Shown piece by piece: positions 9,066-17,870 of a DNA stretch of 64,000 bases (position 1 is the stretch's first letter; every line of letters begins with the position of its first letter). This DNA is from Dehalococcoidia bacterium. GTDB lineage: Bacteria; Chloroflexota; Dehalococcoidia; Lucifugimonadales; UBA3495. The stretch lies in assembly GCA_965220265.1 (NCBI GenBank), contig CBDCPM010000001.1:30803-94802 (forward strand). The letters run 5' to 3'. The notes below the pieces were generated by a model that made no database searches, was not told the DNA's origin, and saw only the letters and a program-made list of their open reading frames with translations. The position numbers and the translations under genes were made by a program.

Positions 9066-10517
9066 GTAACAGTTCAGACTTGGTGAGGTGAATTGGCCGG
9101 ATCCGGGTTTCCGAACGCTGGCGTGGGTGGCAGTCGTTATGTCATATAGAGGGAGTGGATACTGAGAGTGACCTGACCACCGCCGACCGCGATTTCCTCA
9201 TCGCCATCATCGCCCAACTGCAGGCCACCGTTCTGGAACAGCAGCGGGTGATTGAGCGGTTGGAGCGGCGGATTGCCGAACTGGAGGCCAGGCGAAGCCG
9301 GACGGCCCGCCGCGAATGCCCGGCCTCAAGGCGAAATCGGGTCGCCAGCCCCCAGCGCAGCAGCAGCCCAGAAAGCAGCGACGCCACGGCTTCGCCCGCC
9401 CGCGCATGACACCGACCCATCGGGTGGAGCACGTGGTGGAGAGCTGTCCCGATTGCGGGACGCACCTGACTGGCGGCTGGGTCCAGCGCACCCGGGAAGT
9501 CATCGAGTTGCCGGTGGTTCCGGTGCAAGTCACCGAGCATGTCTTCATCGCCAGGACCTGCCCAGTGTGTCGGCGGCGCCGAGTGCCCACCGCGCAACTG
9601 GACGGCGTGGCACTGGGGCGCCAACGCCTGGGCGTCAACCTGATCAGCCGCATCGCCACGCCACGGGAAGAAGGGCGCCTGCCGATCCGCAGCATCCAGT
9701 GGTATCTGCGCACCGTCCATCAGCTGCGCCTCAGCGTGGGGGCCATTGTGAGCGCCATTCACCAGACCGCGCAACAGGCCCAACCAGCAGTGGCCGCGAT
9801 GGTGGACCGCATCCGCGCCAGCCCAGTGGTCCACGCCGACGAAACCGGCTGGCGTCAGAATGGGAACAACGGTTACGTCTGGACTTTCAGCACTCCCACC
9901 GAGCGCTACTTCCTGCGGCGGGGTCGGGGCAAGGCGGTGGTGGACGAGGCGCTGGGCGAGGCATTCTCCGGAGTACTGGTCAGCGATTTCTACGCCGCCT
10001 ATCACCATTACGATGGCCCCAAGCAACGGTGCTGGGCGCACCTGCTGCGGGACATCCACGACCTGCGGGCCCTCTACCTCAAAGATGCCCCGCTGGCCCG
10101 CTGGGCGGCGGCAGTCCATCGACTCTACGAGGAAGCCAAAGCCTTCTCTCATCCTCAGGCCCAGCGACGGCGTGTCGCTCAACTGGCCTTGGAGCGGAAG
10201 CTGCTGGCCATCTGCCGCCCTTTCCTGTCTGAGCCGTCGGCTGTCCAGGGCAAACTGTGCCGGCGCATCGAGCGCCACATCAAGGAACTCTTCGTCTTCG
10301 TGGCCGAACCGGACGTGCCAGCGGACAACAACGCTGCCGAGCGCAGCCTGCGTCATCTGGTCATCAGCCGCAAGGTCAGCGGCGGCACCCGCTCGGAGCA
10401 GGGCACCGAGAGCAAGATGACGCTGGCATCCATCTTCGGCACCTGGCGCGCCCAAGGTTTAAATCCTCTCGCCGCCTGCCGTCAGCTGCTCACTTCCCCC
10501 CAAGTCTGAACTGTTAC
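9066..10517 (+). mobile_element. IS66-family insertion sequence (single-transposase type)
   Basis: Perfect 18-bp terminal inverted repeats: GTAACAGTTCAGACTTGG (9066-9083) and CCAAGTCTGAACTGTTAC (10500-10517). They start with GTAA, as is typical of IS66. The flanking 8-mers CTGGGCCA (9058-9065) and CTGCGCCA (10518-10525) match 7/8, consistent with the 8-bp target duplication of IS66. Confidence 0.85.
9316..10509 (+). CDS. IS66-family transposase (N-terminal coiled-coil region lies in another frame)
   Basis: 397 aa containing MPGLKAKSG, CPDCGTHL...CPVCRRR (zinc ribbon), VHADETGWRQNG and VSDFYAAYHHY...QRCWAHLLRDI, all IS66 Tnp hallmarks. The leucine-zipper N-terminus (LIAIIAQLQATVLEQQRVIERLERRIAELEAR) is encoded by ORF 9155.. 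in a different frame. Confidence 0.9.
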   Translation: MPGLKAKSGRQPPAQQQPRKQRRHGFARPRMTPTHRVEHVVESCPDCGTHLTGGWVQRTREVIELPVVPVQVTEHVFIARTCPVCRRRRVPTAQLDGVALGRQRLGVNLISRIATPREEGRLPIRSIQWYLRTVHQLRLSVGAIVSAIHQTAQQAQPAVAAMVDRIRASPVVHADETGWRQNGNNGYVWTFSTPTERYFLRRGRGKAVVDEALGEAFSGVLVSDFYAAYHHYDGPKQRCWAHLLRDIHDLRALYLKDAPLARWAAAVHRLYEEAKAFSHPQAQRRRVAQLALERKLLAICRPFLSEPSAVQGKLCRRIERHIKELFVFVAEPDVPADNNAAERSLRHLVISRKVSGGTRSEQGTESKMTLASIFGTWRAQGLNPLAACRQLLTSPQV

Positions 10518-10603
10518 CTGCGCCACGGTAGCAGTGGTGTAAACTACCGCACCAATCCTACAGTCGGACGAGATTCGGCCAGACCATTCCGCGCATAATC
10601 AGC

Positions 10604-11365
10604 ATGGGCGACAAATCGTCAATCGAGTGGACTGACGCAACCTGGAACCCCGTGACAGGTTGCACAAAGGTCACGCGCGGGTGTGACAACTGTTATGCCG
10701 AGCGGTTTGCCGAGCGGTTTCGCGGTACTCTCGGTCATCATTTCGAAAGCGGGTTCGACCTCACACTCCGGCCCGAGAGACTGTCCCAACCCCTCAGATG
10801 GAAGCGTCCGCGAAGGATCTTTGTGAATTCAATGAGCGACCTGTTTCACAAGGATATTCCCAATGACTTCATTGACCGTGTGTTCGACACGATGGAAGCG
10901 GCCGATCGGCACGTTTTTCAGGTACTGACAAAGCGGAGTTCCCTCATGGGAGATTACCTACGGCATCGATACGGATCGGAACTCACCCCACGCCATATCT
11001 GGTGTGGCGTTTCCGTAGAAGACGGCATGGCAACCGCCAGGGTACGACACCTTCAGAAAGCTCCAGTCTCGGTTCGTTTTCTTTCCGTAGAACCGCTGCT
11101 GGGTCCGGTGGGAGATATGGATATTGAAGGGATCTCCTGGGTCATCGTCGGCGGGGAGAGCGGTCCGAAAGCCCGCCCGATGGAGCTGCCCTGGGTCCTT
11201 GACATAAGGGACCTCTGTGCACGGGAAGGAGTTCCGTTTTTCTTCAAGCAGTGGGGCGGACGGACGCCCAAATCAGGCGGACGGCTACTCGAGGGAATAG
11301 AGCATAATGCCACGCCTAATTACCTCAATGCGGAGGAAGGAGATGCCCTTTGTATGGCACCCTAA
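10604..11365 (+). CDS. Phage Gp37/Gp68 family (DUF5131) three-Cys-motif protein
   Basis: 253 aa. The N-terminus SIEWTDATWNPVTGCTKVTRGCDNCYAE (C20-x6-C27-x2-C30) and the C-terminal FFFKQWGG are the conserved features of this family. Confidence 0.8.
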   Translation: MGDKSSIEWTDATWNPVTGCTKVTRGCDNCYAERFAERFRGTLGHHFESGFDLTLRPERLSQPLRWKRPRRIFVNSMSDLFHKDIPNDFIDRVFDTMEAADRHVFQVLTKRSSLMGDYLRHRYGSELTPRHIWCGVSVEDGMATARVRHLQKAPVSVRFLSVEPLLGPVGDMDIEGISWVIVGGESGPKARPMELPWVLDIRDLCAREGVPFFFKQWGGRTPKSGGRLLEGIEHNATPNYLNAEEGDALCMAP

Positions 11366-12593
11366 CTCCCCTCCTCCGGAGGTTGAGGAACACAGCAAGG
11401 CGAAGCTCAATGTTTTTCGCAGATACCTTTGTGCGTATTTAGACAAGATGGGCTTGAATCCAGCTCGGGATGAACTCAAACTCGATCTCGTCGATGGATT
11501 CGCTGGGGGCGGGATATTTCAGGATGGCGGCAACACCGCATCCGGCACACCCCTGATCATGCTTGAAGAGTGCAGGAGCGCCCAGGAGAGACTGAATCAA
11601 AACCGTACCAAACCCCTGCGCTTCGATTGCCAGTATCACTTTGTTGATGTGAACCCCGATCACACCCATCACCTTCGCCAGGTCCTGGCCGACCGTGACT
11701 ACGGAGTCGATGGAGATGAAATTGTTGTCCACGACAGCCGGTTTGAAGACGTAGCTGATGAAATCATTGCAGCGATTCTGCATCGGCAGCCGCGGGCTGG
11801 CCGCGCCATTTTTCTCTTGGATCAAACCGGGTTCTCCCAGGTGGAACTCGACTTGGTTAACCGCATTTTTGCAAAGCTGCCGAGAGCGGAGGTTATCCTG
11901 ACGTTCGCGGCGGACGCGCTGATTAATCATCTCGCAGAAAGGCCACAATTTATACGGGCAGTTGCCCCACTCGAGCTGACGGAATCCCAAATACACGACT
12001 TGATTGAGTTCAGGGACGGCGACGGTGGCAGGGCGTTGGCTCAGCGCGTGTTGCGCGACCATTTTCATGCTGCTACAGGCGCGACCTATGATACGCCCTT
12101 CTTCATCCGGCCCAAGCAGTCCCGCCGCGCCTTATGGTTCCTGCATCTTTCGAGGCACCCAACAGCACGGGACGTCATGATCCAATGCCATTGGAATAGC
12201 TTCAATACCTTCGTGCACTATGGCTCTGGCGGCTTCGACATGATGGGATGGGATGCGTTGAACACCGGCACACTGCCGCTTTTTCACTTTGAGGAACTCG
12301 ATGTGAATCAGATGCGGAATCAACTGCTCGACGACATGCCAGCGGAACTGCATGCTTTGGCAGCTGAAAACCCGGTCACTGTGGACGTGATGCACCATGC
12401 GCTCGCAAACAAAACCGCTGCTCGATTCTCGGACCTCGACGGGGTTGTTCTGGAGTTGGCTCACGCGAGGGAGTTTGACATCATAAATCCCGACGGCAAG
12501 CCACGTTCGCGCAAGCTGACGAGACTTGGGGCGACTGATCGGATTGCAGTGCCCCCAATGCGATTATTTCCCGGCTGGTCGCGAATGCCCTGA
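11343..12593 (+). CDS. tcmP: Three-Cys-motif partner protein TcmP
   Basis: The ATG at 11343 is preceded by GGAGGAAGGAG and overlaps the upstream stop by 23 nt. The N-terminal HSKAKLNVFRRYLCAYL plus its position immediately downstream of a Gp37/Gp68 gene fits the TcmP family definition. It has the glycine loop LDLVDGFAGGGIF. Confidence 0.65.
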   Translation: MPFVWHPNSPPPEVEEHSKAKLNVFRRYLCAYLDKMGLNPARDELKLDLVDGFAGGGIFQDGGNTASGTPLIMLEECRSAQERLNQNRTKPLRFDCQYHFVDVNPDHTHHLRQVLADRDYGVDGDEIVVHDSRFEDVADEIIAAILHRQPRAGRAIFLLDQTGFSQVELDLVNRIFAKLPRAEVILTFAADALINHLAERPQFIRAVAPLELTESQIHDLIEFRDGDGGRALAQRVLRDHFHAATGATYDTPFFIRPKQSRRALWFLHLSRHPTARDVMIQCHWNSFNTFVHYGSGGFDMMGWDALNTGTLPLFHFEELDVNQMRNQLLDDMPAELHALAAENPVTVDVMHHALANKTAARFSDLDGVVLELAHAREFDIINPDGKPRSRKLTRLGATDRIAVPPMRLFPGWSRMP

Positions 12594-13353
12594 ACCAGGG
12601 GCATTGAACTAAGGGAGCACAGCTGGGTCGGTGCGTGCGCTCAATGGAAGTGAGGATTGAGGACCGAGTGATAGACGACAATTAGTCCTGCCGGCCTGTT
12701 GCCTCCTGACGAATCGCGCCACGAGACGTGAGATAGCCGGCCACCGTCGTCGGAAATACCCACTACAACGCATCGGTGGACCTGATCTGTCCGTGCGCCG
12801 TTCCGGCACCCTCCGCTTTATTGATACCCGCGTTGGTTCGCCAAAGAGTCATTACGTAAATCGGTTCGTGCGGGGCGTGTCGCCACTGGCCCGATTGCGA
12901 TTTCCGCCGCCCTGATTTCCACGGGCCGGATTACGGAAATCGCTGCCACGTTGCCCGCCACTCGTCGCCAGGCCTCGCCACCGCACGGTCGTCGCGATGG
13001 AAATCGCAATCCGATCGTCCCCACCAGGATGCCATCTACACGGGACGCTATTGATACCCCTCGCCCCGGGAAAGGGGCCAGATTTGGTCACCGTATCCGG
13101 CCTGCCGGAGGGGAACAGCGCCTTCCGGCGCGGGGCGCGTCAATTTGTGGGCGAAAAAGCCCCCGCCGGATCTACCGGCGAGGGGTAAGGGGGTGACCGG
13201 CGCCGTTTGCCGCCCGGCGCCGTCACTGGTGATTACGCTGGCCCTACGGGAACGGATTGCCGCGCCAGGTGCCGGGCGCGGCCATGCATCAACGCTGGCT
13301 GGCCGGAAACCTACTCTGTTCAGAGTTGAGGGGGAAGTGAGCAGTTGCGCGAT

Positions 13354-14565
13354 TCACGCTTCCCCATGCTGCGACAGGTCTACGCCCCTCTCCTCATCCG
13401 GTTCACTGAGCCGGAGACCCATGGTGTGTTTCAACACCAGCAGGATTATGCTAGTCATGACGAATGACCAGGCAAACGCGGCCAGAATGCCGACCACCTG
13501 GTAAAAAATCTGCTCCAGCCGTGACACGTCGGCTTCCAGCGCGCCGAAACCGACGCCCACGAAGATGCCCGTAGCAACGGCGCCCCACATCCCGCCAACG
13601 CCGTGAATGCCGAACACGTCCAGGGAGTCGTCGACACGCAGCCGGTGCACCAGCTCAACGGCGGCAAAACAGATTGCGCCGGACACGCCCCCGATGATCA
13701 GGGCCGGCATTACGCCCACAAATCCCGCCGCCGGAGTGATGGCCACCAGGCCCGCCACCGCGCCGGCCGCCGCCCCACTGCCCGACTGTCGCTTGGTGAG
13801 TATCCACGAGACGACCGACCAGGACCCCATTCCCGCCGCCGCGGATGTGTTGGTGACGACGAAGGCATTGACGGCGGTCTCAGTGGAAAGATTAAAGCTG
13901 CTGCCCGCGTTGAATCCGAACCACCCGAACCACAGCAGACCCGCCCCCAACATGACCAACGGCACGTTGTGGGGCGTCACGGTTACCGATCCGAAACCGA
14001 TGCGCTGACCCACGATGAGTGCGGCCGCCAACGCCGCCGAGCCCGATGCGATGTGTACGACGGTTCCTCCGGCGAAGTCCAGGGCGAACCCCGCTTCGCT
14101 CATCCCCAGCACGCTGCCCAGATTGCCCAACCAGCCGCCGCCCCAGACCCAGTGGGCCAGCGGGGCGTACACGACGGTTACCCACACTCCGGCGAAGACG
14201 ACGTAGGTGGGAAACTTGAAACGCTCGGCGAACCCGCCCGAAATGAGGGCAACGGTGATGATGGCGAACATTCCCTGGAAAATCATGAATGACTGCTCGT
14301 GGAGACCCACCCCAACCATCCCGAACTTGGAGAGGTCTCCCACGAACCCCAGACCGCCCGCGCTGTTGCCGAACGCCAGGCTGTAGCCCCACAGCACCCA
14401 CAACACGCTCACCACGCTGATCGCAGTGATGGAGTGCATCATCGTCCCAATGACATTTTTATGGCGCACCAGCCCGCCGTAGAAGAGCGCCAGACCGGGC
14501 ACCATGATGAACACCTGACCGGCGGCAATCAGAAAGGACAGGACTTCAAGCTCGGAGAACTCCAT
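13354..14565 (-). CDS. amt: Ammonium transporter (Amt family)
   Basis: About 403 aa and highly hydrophobic. It contains FIMVPGLALFYGGLVRHKNV, DFAGGTVVHI, GWFGFNAGS and HGVGGMWG, which are canonical Amt/AmtB motifs. The ATG is at 14565; a GTG lies one codon upstream at 14568. Confidence 0.95.
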   Translation of the reverse strand: MEFSELEVLSFLIAAGQVFIMVPGLALFYGGLVRHKNVIGTMMHSITAISVVSVLWVLWGYSLAFGNSAGGLGFVGDLSKFGMVGVGLHEQSFMIFQGMFAIITVALISGGFAERFKFPTYVVFAGVWVTVVYAPLAHWVWGGGWLGNLGSVLGMSEAGFALDFAGGTVVHIASGSAALAAALIVGQRIGFGSVTVTPHNVPLVMLGAGLLWFGWFGFNAGSSFNLSTETAVNAFVVTNTSAAAGMGSWSVVSWILTKRQSGSGAAAGAVAGLVAITPAAGFVGVMPALIIGGVSGAICFAAVELVHRLRVDDSLDVFGIHGVGGMWGAVATGIFVGVGFGALEADVSRLEQIFYQVVGILAAFAWSFVMTSIILLVLKHTMGLRLSEPDEERGVDLSQHGEA

Positions 14566-14960
14566 CACTCATCTCTCCATCACTCGTTTCTCCATCCCCC
14601 AGGCGCCGGACAACTCAAAATCCAGGATCCCTCGGTAGCAATGTAGCCGGACTGCCGCGGGGACCTGGTGGTGCGCATTGCCAGTTTAGTGCAACAACTG
14701 CCCCCAATGGCACGGGACCGTCAGACGGGACTGAGGAAGTGCGTGCCCCGCCCACAGCGCCGACGACGAGACCGTACAGGACTCTCACCTGGCGATGGAC
14801 CATTGCCTCACTAAAGCCGTCGTTGTATAGCTGGCGCTCAATCAAACTTGGCATGGAAGGGATAAAGGCGATGCAATTTGGTCCTGGCGGCTTTTGATAC
14901 CGGATCGCGGCGCAGCCCAAGCGCCTTTCCCCACGCCGTTTCCGCAACTCTCGCCCACAC

Positions 14961-15200
14961 CTATTTGCAGTAGTGGGCGTAGTCGGACCTGATCTCCGCC
15001 ATGGTGAGTTCCCCCCGCTCCAGTTGCGCACGCACCCGCTCCTCCACCGCCGCGGCGCTCAGCACAACGGTGCCGCTGGCGCTGGACGCAGTCAGACTAT
15101 GCAGCGTGGTGTTGGCGTCCGCCATGCATCCGGCGTACATACGCGCCATCCTGTCGTCGGCGTCCACCCCGCGGACCAGCACGACCCGCAGGCAGACCAT
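14961..15200 (-). CDS. Small hypothetical protein (79 aa)
   Basis: Only the C-terminal part of ORF 14961..15536 looks protein-like (MVCLRVVLVRGVDADDRMARMY...ELTMAEIRSDYAHYCK). The ATG at 15200 follows GGAGGTGGAGG. Confidence 0.35.
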   Translation of the reverse strand: MVCLRVVLVRGVDADDRMARMYAGCMADANTTLHSLTASSASGTVVLSAAAVEERVRAQLERGELTMAEIRSDYAHYCK

Positions 15201-15265
15201 TGTCGCCTGCGCCTCCACCTCCAGTGCACGGTTGGCTCTCCCAGACACCCAACGACGGGAACCCG

Positions 15266-15760
15266 TCAGGGGAGCCCCGCCCCATCGACCGCCCGATCCG
15301 GCATCCCCGCCCCGAACCTGTGAGACGTCGCCACCGCGGCGAAGTCGGGATCGACGAAGTAGCTCTGCAGCGGGCTGTTGGCCGCCACCGGCCGGGGCAG
15401 CATAATCCCCCGTTCCCGCTGGAACCGCCGCAGCGCGTGGCTCATCCGCATCAGCACCGAGCGCAGCTCCGCCGCTGTCAGGTCGGCCCGTTGGCAAAGT
15501 GTACGCCGGTGTATGCCCGCAGTGCCGGCCCGCCACACGTGGAGCGCCGTACGCCTGGCCGCGGCGTCCAGGCTCGCCGTGAAGTCGGAGGCCAACTGCT
15601 CCGTCCAGCCGCCCGACGGTGGCGATGGGGAGCCTGCCGCCGGTTGCGGCGCGGAGATCTGCCGCCCATCTGGAATACGGACGGTTGCGCCGCCCAGGTG
15701 GCCCAGGAATCTGATCACCTCGTCAACATCGCCCACCACTTCCACTTGGATCCACACCAT
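15266..15760 (-). CDS. Hypothetical protein (about 164 aa)
   Basis: ORF 15266..15892. The ATG at 15760 (MVWIQVEVVGDVDEVIRF) follows GGAGCGAGCAGG. The C-terminal half (IHRRTLCQRADLTAAELRSVLMRMSHALRRFQRERG) looks like a helix-turn-helix. I recognised no family. Confidence 0.45.
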   Translation of the reverse strand: MVWIQVEVVGDVDEVIRFLGHLGGATVRIPDGRQISAPQPAAGSPSPPSGGWTEQLASDFTASLDAAARRTALHVWRAGTAGIHRRTLCQRADLTAAELRSVLMRMSHALRRFQRERGIMLPRPVAANSPLQSYFVDPDFAAVATSHRFGAGMPDRAVDGAGLP

Positions 15761-16088
15761 CCTGCTCGCTCCGCTCTGCCGGCCGGACGGCGGCGGATTG
15801 GCCACCGTCGATTTCGCGCCGTTGACTATAACCCACGCCGCCCGCGCTCGCCCATCGACATGGGTCGCAATGAGGCGATTTCGCCACTCCACCGGGTCGG
15901 CTGCGGCGCATGTAAACCGTCGTCAGCAGGACGGGTGTCGTTGTCGATCTTCCCTGCCGAGCACGGTTCGTCTGATCGGGGACAACCGTTCGTTGCCCAC
16001 GGCTTCAGCGTTGACGCGCGCCGTCATCCGACGGGCGGCAATCTGCGTGATGTCATATCATGGCCCCAGTCTCACCCGGGAGACGAGC

Positions 16089-17195
16089 ATGGGCAGTTGT
16101 CGATATTGCGGCCGCGGCGCCGGTTGGTTCCGCACCAGCCACCCTGGGTGCCGGGACGCCCACCGGAGCGGCCTCGCCCAGATGGTTGACCTGGCGGCCC
16201 GGGCCGCCGAACGTCCCGAGTTCACCCAGCGGCGCGTCATGCAACTCCTGGCGAGGCTGGCTCAGGAATGCTACGTGCCTGCTGAGGATCTTCCTGCGGT
16301 GCTGGCGGCCGGATGGCATCTCTCCCCCATGAACCGCACGGTGGACCACGTTCCCACCCGGGCGGAAACGGACCGGCTGCGGGAACTCCGGGAGGGCCAG
16401 TTTGCCGCGGCCGCGGCCCAGACCCACGAGGAACCGGCCTTGTTGAGCGCGGCGGTGGCTGCCGCGCTAGCGACGAGAAACCAGCCGCGGCGACTGGAGC
16501 GGGTATCGAGACTGTTGGAGCGCTCCGGCCTCACCGACGTTGCTGGCCACACGCTGCTGCTGAGAGCGTGGGAACGGGCGGCGCTGCGGCTGCTGGGCGA
16601 TGCGGGCATCGACCTGGACCGGGAGGCCGCCCTGCTGCGCTACGCTCGCCACTTCGACCTGGACGACGCCGAGCTGGACCGCTATGGAATGCTGCGCCAG
16701 TTCATCCAGGGAGCGGCCATCACGGCGTCGGCCGCCGGCCTGATACCCCACCGGATGACCTTTCCTGACGACGCCGCAGCATCCCTGGGTCTGGACGGAT
16801 CGGAGCAACCGGTATGGCTCTTTGACGACGCGGAGTATCGCCTGTCCCTTCCGCAACCGGATCGGAGCGCGACCATCACGGGCGCGGCCGCGGCGGGCGG
16901 GACCTTGCCTTACTACCCGCCGCGGCTGTTCGTGGGCCGCGCGGCGCCCAGCGAGGACCGGGAGACCGTCGCCACCGGCCGCATGGCGCTGACCAGCCAG
17001 GGCCTGCGTCTGCTTGGCTCGACGGCCGACGTCACGCTGTCCTACGGCGAGGTCCACCGCTGGGAACCCTACCGGGACGGTATCGGCGCCGTCGTGCGGC
17101 AGCCCAACCAGCCGGAGCGGCTGGCGGTCTTTCTCAACGGCGACGGCTGGTTCGCCTACAACCTCGCCCGCAACCTGGCGGCGCTGGCCCCATGA
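16089..17195 (+). CDS. Hypothetical protein with an N-terminal CxxC...C knuckle and a PH/GRAM-like C-terminus
   Basis: The 605-aa ORF 15378..17195 overlaps the opposite-strand gene in its first third. The ATG at 16089 (MGSCRYCGRGAGWFRTSHPGC) follows GGGAGacgagc. The C-terminus TSQGLRLLGSTADVTLSYGEVHRWEP...LAVFLNGDGW resembles bacterial PH-like modules. Confidence 0.55.
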   Translation: MGSCRYCGRGAGWFRTSHPGCRDAHRSGLAQMVDLAARAAERPEFTQRRVMQLLARLAQECYVPAEDLPAVLAAGWHLSPMNRTVDHVPTRAETDRLRELREGQFAAAAAQTHEEPALLSAAVAAALATRNQPRRLERVSRLLERSGLTDVAGHTLLLRAWERAALRLLGDAGIDLDREAALLRYARHFDLDDAELDRYGMLRQFIQGAAITASAAGLIPHRMTFPDDAAASLGLDGSEQPVWLFDDAEYRLSLPQPDRSATITGAAAAGGTLPYYPPRLFVGRAAPSEDRETVATGRMALTSQGLRLLGSTADVTLSYGEVHRWEPYRDGIGAVVRQPNQPERLAVFLNGDGWFAYNLARNLAALAP

Positions 17196-17651
17196 CGACA
17201 GATCGCCATTGGAACCTCCGCTACAGCGCCCGATCTCTGCGCGGCTTCGGACGGCTCGGCCCCGAGCCGGCCGGCCGGCCCGCAGAAACACCGCACCCCG
17301 CGAGGTTCCTGCGTCCCCGTCCCCCATGCGCAATCCCCGCCGCGATCGGTCTGCCAGGTCCCCAGGCAGGGGTCTCAGACCACGGACACCCGTCCGCAGA
17401 TCATGCCCATGGACGGTCGAAATACTGGGGGTGTCGCGCCCAGCCGCGTTGCAACCCGCCGCAGCGTCACTTCACAGCGTTTCGAAAGCGCCATCCGTCC
17501 ACTGCGGGCGGGCGGTAGTCCGTCCACCCCACCGCCCGCAGTGGTGAGACCAGTCTATCCGCTCCGCTCGCGCCGGCGTAAGGACCGGGTGTCACCAAAA
17601 TTGGCGCCACTGACTGCAGGGCCTCTCCGGGAGCCGCCACGGCGGGGTAAA

Positions 17652-17849
17652 ATGGCAGCAGCCATCCCCCAGGAGTTTGCGAGGATGACCACCCCGTCCG
17701 AAGCCGTCGAAATCTACTGCTTCAAGTGCAAGGCCAAGACCGCATCCCGCGACATCGAGGCCGTCACCATGAAGAACGGCCGACCCGCCACCCGCTCCAC
17801 CTGCACAGAGTGCGGCACCAGGAAGTTCCGCATCGGCGTCCTGCCCTGA
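17652..17849 (+). CDS. DUF5679-type small zinc-ribbon protein
   Basis: EIYCFKCKAKTASRDIEAVTMKNGRPATRSTCTECGTRKFRIG matches the C.kCk.k......tmKNGRpa..g.C..CGtk.fRI pattern of DUF5679. Candidate starts are 17652 (ATG) and 17685 (ATG after AGGAG). Confidence 0.65.
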   Translation: MAAAIPQEFARMTTPSEAVEIYCFKCKAKTASRDIEAVTMKNGRPATRSTCTECGTRKFRIGVLP

Positions 17850-17870
17850 CCGGTCTGGTCGATCTTCGCC

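Noticed and set aside
9155-9409. The 84-aa ORF as a separate IS66 accessory gene (TnpA/TnpB-like)
   Set aside because: Its coiled-coil sequence corresponds to the N-terminus of single-ORF IS66 transposases. It then degenerates into Arg/Ser-rich out-of-frame sequence. I interpret it as the frameshifted 5' part of the transposase gene.
13321-13360. A hairpin overlapping the amt stop codon as a terminator
   Set aside because: The stem is imperfect (bulged), half of it lies in coding sequence, and no U-tract follows on the minus strand.
14708-14713. TGGCAC upstream of amt as a sigma-54 (-24) element
   Set aside because: It lies on the plus strand, the wrong orientation for the minus-strand amt gene. 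No TTGC(A/T) follows at the -12 spacing. I found no convincing NtcA or GlnR-type site either.
15378-16088. The N-terminal 237 codons of the 605-aa ORF 15378..17195
   Set aside because: This part overlaps the better-looking minus-strand gene 15266..15760 and reads as Arg/Pro-rich nonsense. An SD-preceded ATG at 16089 begins the protein-like part.
17499-17544. A perfect 13-bp stem hairpin (CCACTGCGGGCGG...CCGCCCGCAGTGG) in the 450-nt gap before the DUF5679 gene
   Set aside because: The loop is 20 nt and there is no T-run on either strand. It lies about 300 nt from the nearest gene end. I cannot tell it apart from the many GC hairpins expected in this composition.
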